From: Felis catus
Lineage: Eukaryota
DNA: 64,000 nt
Assembly: GCF_018350175.1 (NCBI RefSeq)
Contig: NC_058368.1
Span: 208,756,001-208,820,000, forward strand
Direction of reading: 5' to 3'
The notes under the pieces are model-generated. The model saw nothing but the letters and a program-made list of their open reading frames with translations. It was not told where the DNA came from and did no database searches. The stretch's first letter is position 1; the number at the start of each line of letters is the position of its first letter. Position numbers and translations under genes: made by a program. Below are positions 39,236 through 52,087 of the stretch, one piece after another.

Positions 39236-39518
39236 TCTTTGTTAGCAGAAAAAGAAGGCATGGATTCAGACAAGACCCCCAGAGCCGCGCTGGGGTGGGA
39301 GTGGGGATGCCAACCACCTGGGTGGCAGCACTGACCCAAAACCTGCCCGGGGTTCAGAGACAAAGTGGCCTTGCTTCTGTAGACCTCAAGTTCAGAGCCC
39401 CAGAGGAAAGCTTGCCCACTGAGTGAAGGTCAGAGATCAGGACGACAGAAATCCCGTTTGGCCTTCCAAGGACAGGCCAATGAGTTAAAAGAGGTGAGGG
39501 TCAGAAATGACCAGGGGA

Positions 39519-39746
39519 GGGGCGCCTGGGTGGCTCAGTCGGTTAAGCGTCCGACTTCGGCTCAGGTCGTGATCTCATGGTCCGTGAGTTCGAGCCCCGC
39601 ATCGGGCTCTGTGCTGACAGCTCAGAGCCTGGAGCCTGCTTTGGATTCTGTGTCTCCCTCTCTCTCTGACCCTCCCCTGCTCATGCTCTGTCTCTCTCTG
39701 TCTCAAAATAAATACAAACATTAAAAAATTAAAAAAAAAAAAAAAA
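39519..39746 (+). mobile_element. Young feline CanSINE with perfect 16-bp TSD agaaatgaccagggga
   Basis: Near-consensus sequence with CpGs retained; TSD at 39503-39518 and 39747-39762. Confidence 0.98.
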
Positions 39747-39795
39747 AGAAATGACCAGGGGAAGCACCCACAATGACCACTCTTCATGCTTAAGC

Positions 39796-39942
39796 CAGAG
39801 TGGCTCTTAGCCCTCACTGCACATTAGAAGCATCTGGAGAGTTTTAAATGTATTAATCCCCAAGCTCCACACTCAAAACCTCTGTTATCTCTTTAACGCT
39901 CCCCAGTTCATCCTGAAGTGTGAAAAGGATTGAGAAGCAATG
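39796..39942. mobile_element. MER5B-like MITE
   Basis: ctgcacattagaagcatctggaga...gattgagaagcaatg. Confidence 0.6.
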
Positions 39943-40339
39943 CATTAAACCAGAACAACACTAAGTTCATGACTTCCTTCCATGTGTGTCCCGGGAGTTA
40001 CCTCACACTCCGGGATGACTTAGTTGGGCTCTTGAATTAGGTTACTCTGGATGTTAGATGGTGGTAAAGCAGAGGAGAGAAAAGGATCCTCCCTAGAATG
40101 GAGAAAAAGATGAGCCTAAGTTTCAATGGAAAATTTACCTGCTTCTTATTCTGGGGTGGAAGAACTAAAGAATTAATCTATAAACTGAAGCAGTAAGAAA
40201 AGGAACATAATCCGGAGAAGACCCCTGCAGCTAGAGTAAGGTGCTTATCCTTGTAATTGTCCTTGTCCTCAGCCTCAAGGTGAACTTGACTTATTTTCTA
40301 CCATGTCCAAGGCTTAAGGTAACAAGAGAATTTATAAGC

Positions 40340-40720
40340 AACAATAGCAATTGTTAACATTTGCCAAACACTTACCATGTGCCCAGCACCATGCGAAGTT
40401 CTTTACGTGGAATAACTCTTTTAATGCTTAAAGCAAGTCTATGTGGTGGGTGTTAACATTTTCCCCATCATACAGGTGAACAGAAACTGAGGTACAGAGA
40501 GGCCGAAGAAGTTGCCCAAGTTCACACAATTGTCAGAGCTGCGATGGTATCCCAGGAATATTCCTCCAGAGTTCACACTCCTAACACCACACTATACAGC
40601 ATCTCAGTCCCCATGTGCCCTGGGGTAGGTAATATTCTCCCCACTTTACAGGTGGGGAGACTGAGGTTGAGTAATTTTCTCATGCTGCCACATTTCCCCA
40701 CTAGCACAGCCTGGACTTGG
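40340..40720 (-). mobile_element. Two adjacent MIR fragments
   Basis: gaaactgaggtacagagagg...gttgcccaagttcacaca; ccccactttacaggtggggagactgagg. Confidence 0.8.
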
Positions 40721-42210
40721 AACCTCCAAGTAGAATATACCAGAGGGGCTTAGGACAGTGAGGCCCAGAGGCGGGAAGATATCTCTAAATGCCCATCTCT
40801 TCCCAACACCACTCCATCCTGCACACTCAGAAGCTACACATGCAATCATCTTTCAAAAGAACTGCATTCAAAAAAATCCACCCACGACCCAAACCAGCAC
40901 TGGCATGCACGTCGAGTCTGAAAATGGCACGTAAATAGAAGGAAAGGGTGAATCCAGACGCGCTCTAGGTTGGGCAAAACATCTCAAATTATTTGTTTCT
41001 AACATTTTGCAATTGGCAAGACCCAAACCACATTTTTCCAAGCATTCTCTTCTCCACCCCAACCCCACCCCCACTGCCCCGCTTTACATCGTAAGCCCGT
41101 GTGTATTTCCCCAAAAATGTAATCCATATGTGTCTGATCCGTTTACACTTAACTCATCAACTTGTAGTTTGCTGGGAGTTCTTTGCTGCCCATGAAGCCT
41201 TCTGAGACCGTCTGTGAGGCCTTCAAAAGGCTCCTTCAAGCTCTTTTCTTAGAAATAGGAAGCTACATTTAGCTAAGGGCAAGTAGAACTGAAAATGTCA
41301 ATAGGAAGGAAGAGGTTCTAGGACCAAAAAGTTTATTCTTATTCTCCACAAGGCAGAAAAGCAAGGAGAGGTCCCCGAGGTAGTACATCAAGGTCCTAGA
41401 AACTTGCTCTGGTTGGAACACCAAGGCCAGGGGTGGGTCCAATTTTGTTTTCAGCCACATTCACAGTCCCTCTGCTGCCACGGCCCCTACAGTGGCTCTG
41501 GAATGTAATGGAGAGCCAGAAGCACGTCCCTGACCTGGGTCACCGGTGATCCTGATGGTATCAACTACTTTGGTGGAACTAAACCCCATATACTGGGTTT
41601 CTACCTTGGCAGCCAAAGATCTTGCAAGTTCTGTTTTTCTATCTGCCTTAAACACACACACACACATACAGACAACCAACCAAACGCTTCTCAAAACAAA
41701 CCATTACATCTGATATGCTTTAACTCATCCATGTTTTTTGGCTTTAGCAAAAGGTTCTAGTTTGGGGTTTGTTTTTTTTTTAATTGCTTAAGTTCAGCTA
41801 ACTTGTGTCCTTCGGGAAAACTGATCTATGTAAATGTGATTTAACTAAAGGGGTTTGAGCCATTCACATGTGTTTTACATTTTCTAATCATCCTGAGCTC
41901 TGTACATAGTGAGCAGACTGAAAAATGATGGTGGTCTCATTTCAACATCAATTTTTAGCCAATCTATCTCCCAAGAATGCCGAAAGACGGCTGGAGAGAA
42001 TCTCACTTCCTATTTCCAGACAATCAGAAGCTGATATTTATGGAAACCCTGGAAGTGTGTGAAGTTGATTGGACGGGTAGAAGACTCATCAGAAGACAGC
42101 AATTCTTTACAATGTCTACATTCTTAAAATTGGCCAAAACTTCAGCAAAGATTCACTTGAACTATTCTATTTCCCTGATTAAATTCAACAAACATTTAAG
42201 AAATGCCTAC

Positions 42211-42871
42211 TGTATTAGTTTTCTATTGTTGCATAACAAATTACCACAACTTTAGTGGCTGAAAACAACATACATTTACTATCTCATAGTTTCCATGGGT
42301 CAGGAGTCTGCGCATGGCTAAACTGGGTCTCTGCTCAGGCTCTCATAAGGTTGCAATTAAGGTGTCAGTCAGGCTACATTCCCATCCGGAGGCTTGACTA
42401 AGGAACCATCTACTTCCAAGTTCATTTGACTTGTTGGCAGAATTCACTTCCTTGTGGCTACATAGCAGAGCTCCCCATATTCTTGAGAGTTGTCGGTCAT
42501 GAACTGCTCTCAACTCACAGAGGCCACTTCAGGTCCTTGTTGTGTGGGTCCTTGCTCTTAAAACATGGATGTTGACTTCTTCGAATCCAGAAGGGGAATC
42601 TTTTCCTTTGGGAAAGTCTAGGCTGGTTTAAAGGTCTTTCACCTGACTAAGACAGGCCCACCAGGATAACCTCCATTTAGGTTAACTCTAAATCGACTGA
42701 TTTGGAAACTTCAGTATATCTGCAAAATCCCTTTCCTTAATCATATAATGTAACCTAGTCAGGGGAGCAACACCCTTCATATTCACAGGTCGGAATCACA
42801 TTCAAGGAGGTGTGTATACCAGGAAGGTGGGAAGCTCGGGGACCTTGGGAATCTTAGAAGACCCTTGTACA
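42211..42871 (-). mobile_element. MaLR LTR (MLT1E-like) inserted into an L2 3' end
   Basis: tgtattagttttctattgttgcataacaaattaccacaac...aggcccaccaggataacctcc; L2 sequence tcaacaaacattt...cctac precedes it. Confidence 0.85.
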
Positions 42872-43367
42872 TATACCTGTACAAGGGCGTGGTGATCTAT
42901 AAGTTATGAATCCTACCTTCATGAAACTCATACCCTATTCAGGGCAGTGGATACGCAACAAACAATTACTTCATGAGATATTTTCTGTAATAGAGGGATG
43001 TTCTGTGTTCAGAAAAGCACAAAAATGGTCACAGAGAAACTGGGATTTGTGAGATAAATGGGAATTCAGCAGGCAGGCAAGTATGGGAAAGGGGCATTTA
43101 CATGGGGTTGGCTTGAAACAATATGGTGTGATTAACAGTTATAAGGAATTGGATTTTGCTAACAGCTAAAGCAAATGTGCTGAGCATTTTTATTTGCTTT
43201 ATTTGGACTTATCTTCTTAAAATAAAAAGAAAGGAAATGAATTGCTTTAAAGCCTGGCTGATGGACCACACGTATGCGTGTGTGAGATTTGCTGCATGAC
43301 TCACCTATTTACAGCCACCATGAAAATAAAACCGAGGGGGGAATGTATAACCAATTAACACTCCAAC

Positions 43368-43957
43368 TGCTATGGGCTGAATGTTTGTGTACCTTCAAAA
43401 TTCATATACTGATGCCCTAGTCTTCAGCATGATGGTATTTGGAGGTGGGTTCTTTGAGAAGTAATTAAGTCATGAGGGTAGAGCCCTCGTGGTGGGATAA
43501 TAAAATCCTTTCTCAATAAGAAACATGTGGGGCACTGGGTGGCTCAGTTGGTTAAGCATCTGACTCTTGACTTTGGTTTGGGTCATGACCTCACGATTCG
43601 TGGGTCCGAGCCTCAAGCCTGGGATTCTCTCTCTCCCTCTCTCTCTGCCCCTCCCGCGTTCACACACGCTCCGGCATGCTCGCTCTCTCTCTCTCTCTCT
43701 CTCTCAAAAATAAATAAGCAAACATTTAAAATTTGAAAAAAATAAAAAGAAAGATGAGCGAAATGATCTCTCCACAATGTGAGGATACAGTGGGAAGGCA
43801 GCCATCTGTAAACCAGGAAGAGGGCTCTTGCTAGGACCCAACCATGCTGGCACTGTGATCTGACTCGCAGTCTCCAGAACTGTGAGAATCGAATGTGTGT
43901 TGTTGAAGCCACCCAGCCTGGGGTATCTTGTTACAGCAGCCTGAACTGACGAAGGCA
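43368..43957 (+). mobile_element. MaLR solo LTR (MLT1A-like) with a nested SINE
   Basis: tgctatgggctgaatgtttgtgt...ctccagaactgtgagaa...gttacagcagcctgaactgac; 5-bp flanks ccaac/ccagc. Confidence 0.9.
43529..43746 (+). mobile_element. CanSINE nested in MLT1A
   Basis: SINE head and tail; TSD aagaaa(c/g)atg. Confidence 0.95.
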
Positions 43958-44508
43958 CCAGCCCTATGAGAAAATATGCTTCTGGGTCCCCTTTGGAACG
44001 GGTAGACCTTTTACAATCAGAAGCTTCCCTTGAATTGGTGTTTCATTCCAGAAAGGTGGATAAGCCCACCCCTACAAACTTAACAACAGGAAAAGCCAAG
44101 GAATTTCTGTAACCCACAGTGCAAAGGACAGCAACTGAGGCTGGCCATGAAGTCAGGCCAATCCCAGCACCTGAGGACCTGTACCCCACATCCTGGTACT
44201 TTCACAACTTGAAACAGGATTCACTTTTGAAGCCTGAAGCCTCTGACTCCTCCACCACATTATATAAACGCAGGCCAGAAAGAAAATGCCTCTAAAAAAC
44301 ACAGGAGTTTCTATGTCAACTCCAAAATACCTCCTGAGCCACTAGGAAGATGACAATACTACAGAGGAAATGCAACCATCATGCAGGTGGTTTGGTCCAT
44401 GTGTTTCATTTCCATTGTCAAGTGCAACCGCGGGATACTATTTCCTGGTTACTCAGCACCACTCAGGTTGGTCAGCCTCTCTGTGGCCCTCTGTAAAGCC
44501 CTATGGTA

Positions 44509-44673
44509 GGGAGGCCTGGGTGGCTCAGTCGCTTAAGCGTCTGACTTCAGCTCAGGTCTGATCTCATGGTTCATGAGTTCGAGCCCCGTGTTGGGCTCTG
44601 TGCTGACAGCTCAGAGCCTGGAGCCTGCTTCGGATCCTGTGTCTCCCTCTCTCTCTGCCCCTCCCCCACTCAC

Positions 44674-44727
<54 letters not shown>

Positions 44728-44772
44728 TGTGTGTGTGTGTGTCTCAAAAATAAATGTTAAAAAAAAATGTGA
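44509..44772 (+). mobile_element. Feline CanSINE with an internal (GT)n expansion
   Basis: SINE body; TSD aaagccctatgg; (GT)n at 44678-44742. Confidence 0.96.
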
Positions 44773-44989
44773 AAAGCCCTATGGCAGAGGGAGCTACTGA
44801 GATACATTAGGAGATGTGCACTCCAGTTTCAATTCAACGTGTTCTTCCATATACCCAGGATTGGTGGAGGACAAATTTTCCACTCACAGGGATAAATGGG
44901 TTTTCCAGACAACTGAAAATCTTGCTAGCCACAGGATGCTTGCACATTATTGTTTCAATATTGGAAATTCTCCTAAGATACTGGCATAT

Positions 44990-45190
44990 ATTAAGAGCAT
45001 GGGCCCTGGACCCTGGATGCCTGGGTTTGAATCTCAGCTCCACCACATGCTCACTGTCTGACACTGGGCAAGGGGACTAACTTCTCTGCATCTCCGGGGA
45101 CGGTCCCTAGTTCATAAATAGTGGTGACGGTTAAATAAGTTAACTACACAAAGACATTCACGTACCTGGCACATAATAAACATCTCAATA
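44990..45190 (+). mobile_element. MIR
   Basis: ttaagagcatgggccctgga...gcctgggtttgaatctcagctccacca. Confidence 0.85.
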
Positions 45191-45277
45191 AGTTGTTACT
45201 ATAAGACAGAATGTACAATATAAAAGATAAGTGAGGCTCTTTCTCAGGGTCATTTTCATAAACACTAAGCAAAATAC

Positions 45278-45383
45278 TATATATATATATGTATATATAT
45301 ATATGTACATATTATATATATGTCCGCTCTTGCTAAATATATGTAAATACATACCCATATATAAATATATGCACAAATATATA
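45278..45383. repeat. (TA)n-rich tract
   Basis: Seen directly in the sequence. Confidence 0.85.
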
Positions 45384-45770
45384 AAAACATGCCTTTGTGA
45401 CCCACTGAAACATATTAGGAAGATGACATTTACCCTAAATGACCTCAGAAGGTGGTTTTTAATGCCTTGTGTTTGTCTTTTTAAAACATTCTTGCCTTCT
45501 CTCATTGGTCTCACTGCTAGCCACAGTCATGTCTGGCCGTCTGTCTTCCTCCTCTGAGTTGTTCTATTCTTCCATGACTGGGAAACCAGATTACAAAGTT
45601 TGCTATAACCGTGAGTAGAAAAAGAGCACAGAGATTTGAATAGCAATCCCACAGGCTCCTTTATGAACCAAATGTATGGGCTTGAAACTGGGCATTGTGT
45701 CATGTATTTTGACTGATCAGAGGATAGCCTCTTGCTTACTTTCTTTCAGGATCTTGAACATATCCTGAAT

Positions 45771-46003
45771 CTGTGGTTTTCAGCCACTCCCAGAGGGCCT
45801 TCATCCCCTGTGAGCGCATCTCAGGGGCCTCCTTGGTGGGGGGAGGAAACAGGCAAAGAGATGTTTACCCAGTAAGGCTCCGAGCCCTCCACTTCCACTT
45901 CAACCAGACAAGGTCTGATATATGTTTTATGTAATGGAGCTCTGCATACAGGACCATTTGAAAAGAAGGTTCCACTGCTAAATCCATAAAGTGACAGCTA
46001 CTG
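45771..46003 (+). mobile_element. MER103C-like MITE
   Basis: gtggttttca...ctcaggggcc...cttcaaccaga...tttgaaaagaaggttccactgctaaa. Confidence 0.65.
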
Positions 46004-46203
46004 TTCTACAGCCATGTTTGCCAGATAAATGACATCGGGACATACACTCTTTTCTGTATGTTTGAAATATCTCAAATGTAAAAAAAAGAGGGAGAGCCAC
46101 AAGTCAAACCATCCCTGGGAATTAAGCATAACAAGAATTCATACATGATATATGAGACTAGACAGCTACAGAAAGCATTTCCAAATGAGCCACCATAAGT
46201 ACG

Positions 46204-46243
<40 letters not shown>

Positions 46244-46566
46244 GAGATTAGGCTAACCTCATGTCTCACCAGAGACTTACCAAGTTAAATGTAAATAAAT
46301 GTAAAACAAGTTACAATTTTGAGAAATCTAAAATGTTAATGATAGATATATATCGATGTGAGTGAGTTGCATGGCTGGGAAAAGCAGAATGGGTCACAAT
46401 GATTTGTCAGTGTTTCTCCAGAACTCACCAAAAGAGATTCCAAAGGCTGACGCCATGTTTCTATTCAGAAAAATCCTTAAAAGTGAAGATGGACACATTA
46501 GCATGATGTAACTGACCTTTCAGCAACATCAAACTCCCTCTTGTTCAAACTCTATCCTTGCTAACT

Positions 46567-47063
46567 GTATCATTTAGGACTGTTTTGGCTGCAAAAAACA
46601 TAAAACACAAAAGAGACTTTTTTAAAAGCTTAACCAAGATCAAAATGTATTTCTCTCTCACAGTCTGGAAGTAGTTAGCCCTGGGCTGGCACAACACTCT
46701 ATGATTTCAGGGATCGAGGCTTCTTCTACCTATTGCTCTGCCCCAAGTGGCTTCCATTTTTAAGACCCCTTCTGATCCAAAATGGCTGCTAGAGCTCCAG
46801 ACATTATGACTGTGTGCCAGACAGCAGGAAGGAGGAAGAAGAGAAGGGAATTGCCCTTCCTTTAAGAAGACTTTGTAAAGTTTCACATACCCCACCTGTT
46901 TACATCATATTGGTCACAACTTAGTAGTAAAACCACACTTAGCTGCACAGAAGGCTGGGAAATGTAGTCTTTATCCCAGACAATTCTGTGTCAAATTAGG
47001 CATTCCATTTCTATGAAAAAAAAGGGGGAACAGGTACTGGAAGACAATAAAAGTCTCTACCGT
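46567..47063 (-). mobile_element. MaLR LTR (MLT1J-like)
   Basis: ccaaaatggctgctagagctccag...cttagctgcacagaaggctgggaaatgtagtcttta. Confidence 0.85.
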
Positions 47064-47224
47064 GCCAACTCACCTCCTGATTTCTATTTTGACTTCCTAA
47101 GTGGACTATTCAACTGAAATAGAGTGGTATCCCCATTATTCACTCTTCCCCCAATTATACTTTCAAAATTAATTTTCAATTCAATGTAATGCCACAAACA
47201 TTTGTTAAATACCTACTATGAATG

Positions 47225-47632
47225 GAATGGAATACTATTGAAATATGGAATACTATTCAGCAATAAAAAGGAACAAATTATTAATATATGGAACAACATC
47301 AATGAATCTCAAAATGATTATGCTGATTGAAAAGAGCCAGACAACAAAGAATAAAAATGTTATATTCCACGTATATAAAATTCTAGAAAATACTAACTAA
47401 TCTACAATGGCGGAAAGCAGAACCTTGGTTGTCTGGGAACAGTGGGAGGAAGGGAAGAAGAATTGCAAAGGAAACTTTGGGAGCAATGGATATGTTCAGC
47501 ATTTTGATTGTGGTGATAGTTTCATGGGTGTATACATGTATCAAAACTCATCAAATGGAAAACTTTAAAAATGTGCAGTTGATTCTACATCACTTATACT
47601 TCAATAAAGCTATAAAACACTTTAAAAAAAAA
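47225..47632 (+). mobile_element. L1M (L1MD/ME-like) 3' end within an L2 remnant
   Basis: atggaatactattcagcaataaaaaggaa...ttgattgtggtgatagtttcatgggtgtatacat...cttcaataaagct. Confidence 0.85.
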
Positions 47633-48419
47633 AGAATCTATTACATGCCTGACACTATGCTAGGCACTGAGGATACAGAAAAAGCTATGATTTCTGTCCC
47701 CAAGTACTCACAGTACAGTACATTGTTTTGATGAATAAAATAGGCTTATGGGTGAAGATGGGGTGAGTGGCTCCCCCAACACCTGATTTAGTCTTCAATA
47801 AATGGACAAAAGCAAGGCACTCAGTCTACAACTGAGTATAAGATCTTGTCCCATGTGTCCAGGATCTGAAGCCCATGAGTTTTAACCACTTTATTGTAAG
47901 GAGCTATGTACATGTACATGCCATCCTTTCAATCTATTTCTACATATGGCTCTGGATACATATAAGGAATAATATTAGTACTTTAAAAGCCCCAAAGTTA
48001 ATTGTGTCTTTTCTACTTTTAGAAATGAAATCCAAAGGCATGCTTTCTTCACTTTTCACATCTGTGTTGCAGAGCCAGCAAGGATCACATGACAAAGACA
48101 AGTAGTTGGCACAAAGGAATCTTTAGAAGGAATAGTCTAGCAAGACAGATACTTGGAAACTGTTTCCAATGACCATGACTTCTCATGTCTTGACATCTCT
48201 TGGTGATGCTGTTGTAGTGTGGGTAACATTGCAAGAGTGCACAGTTAAGGTCTGGAACTGTCAGATGTTGGCTCATGGGCAAATATTATCTATCAAATTC
48301 CTTATTTTCTCCTCAATTTTGCACCCCCCCCCCAGTTCCTAGGGCTTTTGAAGGTCATTAGGACCTTTCCTTAGAACTGAAAACTATTGCTCCTACCTTT
48401 TCTACTTTGAGAAAAAAAA

Positions 48420-48840
48420 ACTCATAAAAGAACAGTGGTGGCCAGGGTTTGGGAGGGGGAATGATAGATGAATAGGACAGGTGAAATAGAGTGGTATACC
48501 CATTATTCACTCTTCACACAGAGTACAGAGGATTTTTATGTCAATGAAGATACTCCATATGATACCATAATGACGGTTACATGTCATTACACATTTGTCC
48601 AAATCTATAAATTTTATACTACCAAGAACAAGCTATAAACTATAGACTCTGGGTGATGATGTTGTGGCAATGTAGCTACGTTAGTTGCAACAAATACACC
48701 ACTCTGGTGTGACTGTTGGTAATGGGGAAGGCTACACATGTTTTGTGGTAGGGGGTATATGCAAAATCTCTGTACCTCTGTATCAATTTTTTTTGTGAAC
48801 CTAAAACTTGTCTAAAAATATAAAGTCCAAATAAAAAAAT
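48420..48840 (+). mobile_element. L1MC1/2-like 3' end carrying a foreign ~40-bp insert
   Basis: acagaggattttta...acatgtcattacacatttgtccaaa...tgtgaacctaaaact...taaagtc. Confidence 0.85.
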
Positions 48841-50740
48841 CAACATGCAAAATGGTAATCAATCTCATTAGAGTTGTATAAATTCTAATAAAAAATAAAT
48901 AAAAGAGAGATTTCTTCCTAACATATTAACTTTTTAATTACAATAATCAAGATACTTCTATACAGTAGGTAGGGGTGTATATTGGCATGTTACTCTGGAC
49001 AGTAATTTGGCAAGATATACAATGAGCCTTGTGTAAAGTTCCTGACAAGGTATGCATAAAACATTTCCAAAAGATGATACAGTAAAGTGTTAATTGGTCT
49101 TTAAAAAAGTTATCAGTTGCTGAGTAGATAGATAGCTTCTTCATTAAAAAAAATAACAAGATTAGATCAATTCACGAGCCATGCCAAATAAAGAAAATTT
49201 TCTTCCCATCGTCCATGAGGCCTTTACTGGTGGGGCAGCCCTGAGCAGGGTGTGCCCTACAGAGTCACATCAAATCCTGCCCACAACCCAAAACACCTCC
49301 CCCTTCTATCCCTAACCACCCCTAACACTACTGTACTAGTGACCTCTTTAGATTAAGATGCTGAAGCTGAATTGTCCTCTGGGAAAAGAAAGCAAAAATC
49401 CAACTGGCCCACACTGCCCAGAAGTCGGGAAGGACAGTGTAAGGCAACCCCATGGGGTTGGTTTGCATGATCACCTTGGACCTGGTGGGAAAGCAGCAAA
49501 GGACAAGGTGAGATGACTGAGGTGATGACAATGAACTTTGGTTATGGGAAATTTTCTTGAAGGCCAGTACTTCATATTGTAAAAATACTAATCTGGAGTG
49601 AAGCAATGAATTATTCCATACAAAATCACCAAATCTTAATTCTTTTCAAATGTTGATGTGTTCTCAGAGATCCACAATTCAAAGCACTCCTTTCATTTTT
49701 ATTCAATCTCCTAATAAAAGCAGACTCCTTGTCCTCATTAAGTTCAATTTATTGGCACTTGAAATGTATTGACTTACTAGTATATGATTGCCCTAATTTC
49801 ACTGGAAGTTCCAAAGCCAAGGAACTCTGCTGATGAAAATAATCCCTCCCTAACACTTCCTTTCTCACCGGGCACTTCTGTGCATTGAAAACACATTTTC
49901 AGTGCTAACTAGGAAGGGCTTTCTTAGTTCATATCACATTAATCTTGCAGTCTTAACATTTTTACTGAAAGTCTGTTTCTTCTACAAGTCCTTTCCTTAA
50001 ATCACTTTGAGAATGGCCTGAGATACTTCATCAATGAGAAGGCAGATGTGGAAGGAAGGAGAGAGAAATCAGTGACAATCTTCAACGTTTGTTCTCTAAT
50101 GACAGGCAGCTCCTGAATAGAACGTTTGAATCAACTACTCCCTTCTGAAGCTGATGGGAATTTAATTCTGCCTGAAACAGAAGTCCCTCATCACGATGTG
50201 GTTTGCCTGAGCAGATATTTAGGGGCAGGGGGAGGAAGGTTTGGGACAAGGAGATGTCAAATATGGCCATCAAAACCTAACATTGTAAAGCCTACCTGTA
50301 AGACACTCATAGCTGCAATTGGTGTCAGTTCCAATTCCTAGCATGTCACAGAGGCTTTTACCACATCACCCTCCCAAGCACATCTACAGCTTGCTTTATG
50401 CCCTTGGACAAGCCACTGCTCACCTCTGAGTGTCCATTCTCATCCATATCAAGACAAGCCTGGACAAGGGGACAGTCCATTGTAATCTATTCTGTTCTTG
50501 AATCCAGTACATGGAATTATCTTCATCCTCCCCTAGTGGCCATGCTTTGTCTTGGTGCCTTAATTCTTCGTGGCATCACTCTTCTTAAGACTCCTCAAGG
50601 AAGCATAGCCTGATTTTTTAAAATACCACATCCAAAAGGCAGAGAGAGAACTTCTTCAGGTGCATGTTAAGGATGGCTCATGGAGAACAGTTGGTGAAAG
50701 TCTACTATCCGCTGAACGGATCTTCTAAACACCATCCACG

Positions 50741-50962
50741 CAGAGTGGCCCAGAGCTGGGGATCAATTTTGCCCCTCAGGGCACATCTGGCAACCTCTGG
50801 AGACATTTTTGCCATAACTTGGGTGGGGAGGGGGATATTTTTATCATCTAGTAGGTAGAAGCCAGAGATGAAGCTAAACACCGTGGAGTGCACAAGACAG
50901 CCACCAACAACAAAGAATTATCCAGCCCAAAGTGTCAACAATACCAAGGTTGAGAACCCCTG
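50741..50962 (+). mobile_element. MER20
   Basis: ttttgcccctcaggg...tctggagacattttt...caacaaagaattatccagcccaaa...aggttgagaacccctg. Confidence 0.88.
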
Positions 50963-50984
50963 GCGTAGTCCACAGAATCAGTAC

Positions 50985-51316
50985 TATTTGGTGCAGCCAG
51001 CTCCCCAGAGTTGATCGTATGCATCTTTTTCCAGCTCCTCATTCGTAAGATAACTTTAGCAGCTTGAAATTGACCATTGGGAGAGTACTTACACCACAGA
51101 CATCAGCACACTCCACAAAGCAAGGCAATTCTATTTCTGAAAGCCAGCTGTTAGGATAACTTTTTTTTTAATTTATTCTTTTTTTTTAGTAATCTCTACA
51201 CCCAACATGGGGCTCAAACTCACGACCCCGAGATCAAGTCGTATGCTCTTCCGACTTAGCCAGTCAGGCGCCCCAGGCTGAGATCCAGCTGTTAAACAGC
51301 TGCCAACACACCGCTA
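50985..51316 (+). mobile_element. MER63-like MITE interrupted by a short SINE
   Basis: agcttgaaattgaccat...gagtacttacaccacaga...ctgttaaaca...acaccgct. Confidence 0.65.
51161..51274 (-). mobile_element. Short tRNA-like carnivore SINE (SINEC_old/Fc3-like)
   Basis: agtaatctctacacccaacatggggctcaaactcacgaccccgagatcaag...agccagtcaggcgcccc. Confidence 0.9.
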
Positions 51317-51359
51317 CTCAGAACCAACACATGATATACCTGATTCAAAACTCAAAGGT

Positions 51360-51591
51360 GGGGTGCCTAGGTCACTCAGTCAGTCAGTGACTCTTGATTT
51401 CAGGTCAGGTCATGATCCTAGGGTCATGAGATCAAGCCGTGCATTGGGCTCTGCACTGAGCATGGAGCCTGCTTGGGATTCTCTCTCTCACTCTCGCTCT
51501 CTCTCTCTCTCTCTCTCTCTACCCCTCTCATCCTCCCCCCTACCCCCACCCACATTCACATGTGTGTGTGTGCTCTCAAAAGAAAACAAAA
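51360..51591 (+). mobile_element. CanSINE (diverged) with TSD caaaactcaaa
   Basis: gactcttgatttcaggtcaggtcatgatc...ggagcctgcttgggattctc. Confidence 0.92.
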
Positions 51592-51868
51592 CAAAACTCA
51601 AAAGCACTTTCAGCAAGAAGGCTGCATTGTGGAAAACTAGAGATGATTTTACATATGGGCAAAGAGTCTGACCTCATAGCACCACGATGCCAAGAACAAC
51701 AAAGAAGAAAGGAACAGTACAAGGAACACTGTGAGCAGGTATTGGAAGTCTCTCATGTCTTGTTGTTTTGTTTGTTTATTTATATACACCCTGCCTTCTT
51801 TGGGGAAGCATTTGAGGGGACCACTTAGGGAATAAACAATATGCTTGTTTATTAAAATCCTCAGAAGA

Positions 51869-52087
51869 GGGGCGCCTAGGTGGCTCAGTCAGTTAAGCAT
51901 CCGACTTCAGTTCAGGTCATGATCTCGCAATTTGTGGGTTGGAGACCTGCATCTGGCCCTGTGTTGACAGCTCGGAGTCTGGAGCCTGCTTCAGATGCTG
52001 TGTCTACCACTCTCTCTGCCCCTCCCCCACTCATGCTCTGTCTCTCTCACTCTCAAAAATGAATAAATGTTAAAAAACATTTTTTTT
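51869..52087 (+). mobile_element. Feline CanSINE with TSD aatcctcagaaga
   Basis: TSD at 51856-51868 and 52088-52100. Confidence 0.96.

Noticed and set aside
50524..50541. CTCF-like site (TGGCCACTAGGGGAGG on the minus strand), plus weaker matches near 16560, 26822 and 32116
   Set aside because: Each has mismatches in the core and cannot be supported without PWM scoring or ChIP data.
51161..51274. tRNA-like sequence with A and B boxes
   Set aside because: It has a SINE 3' tail and poly(A), so it is a tRNA-derived SINE rather than a tRNA gene.
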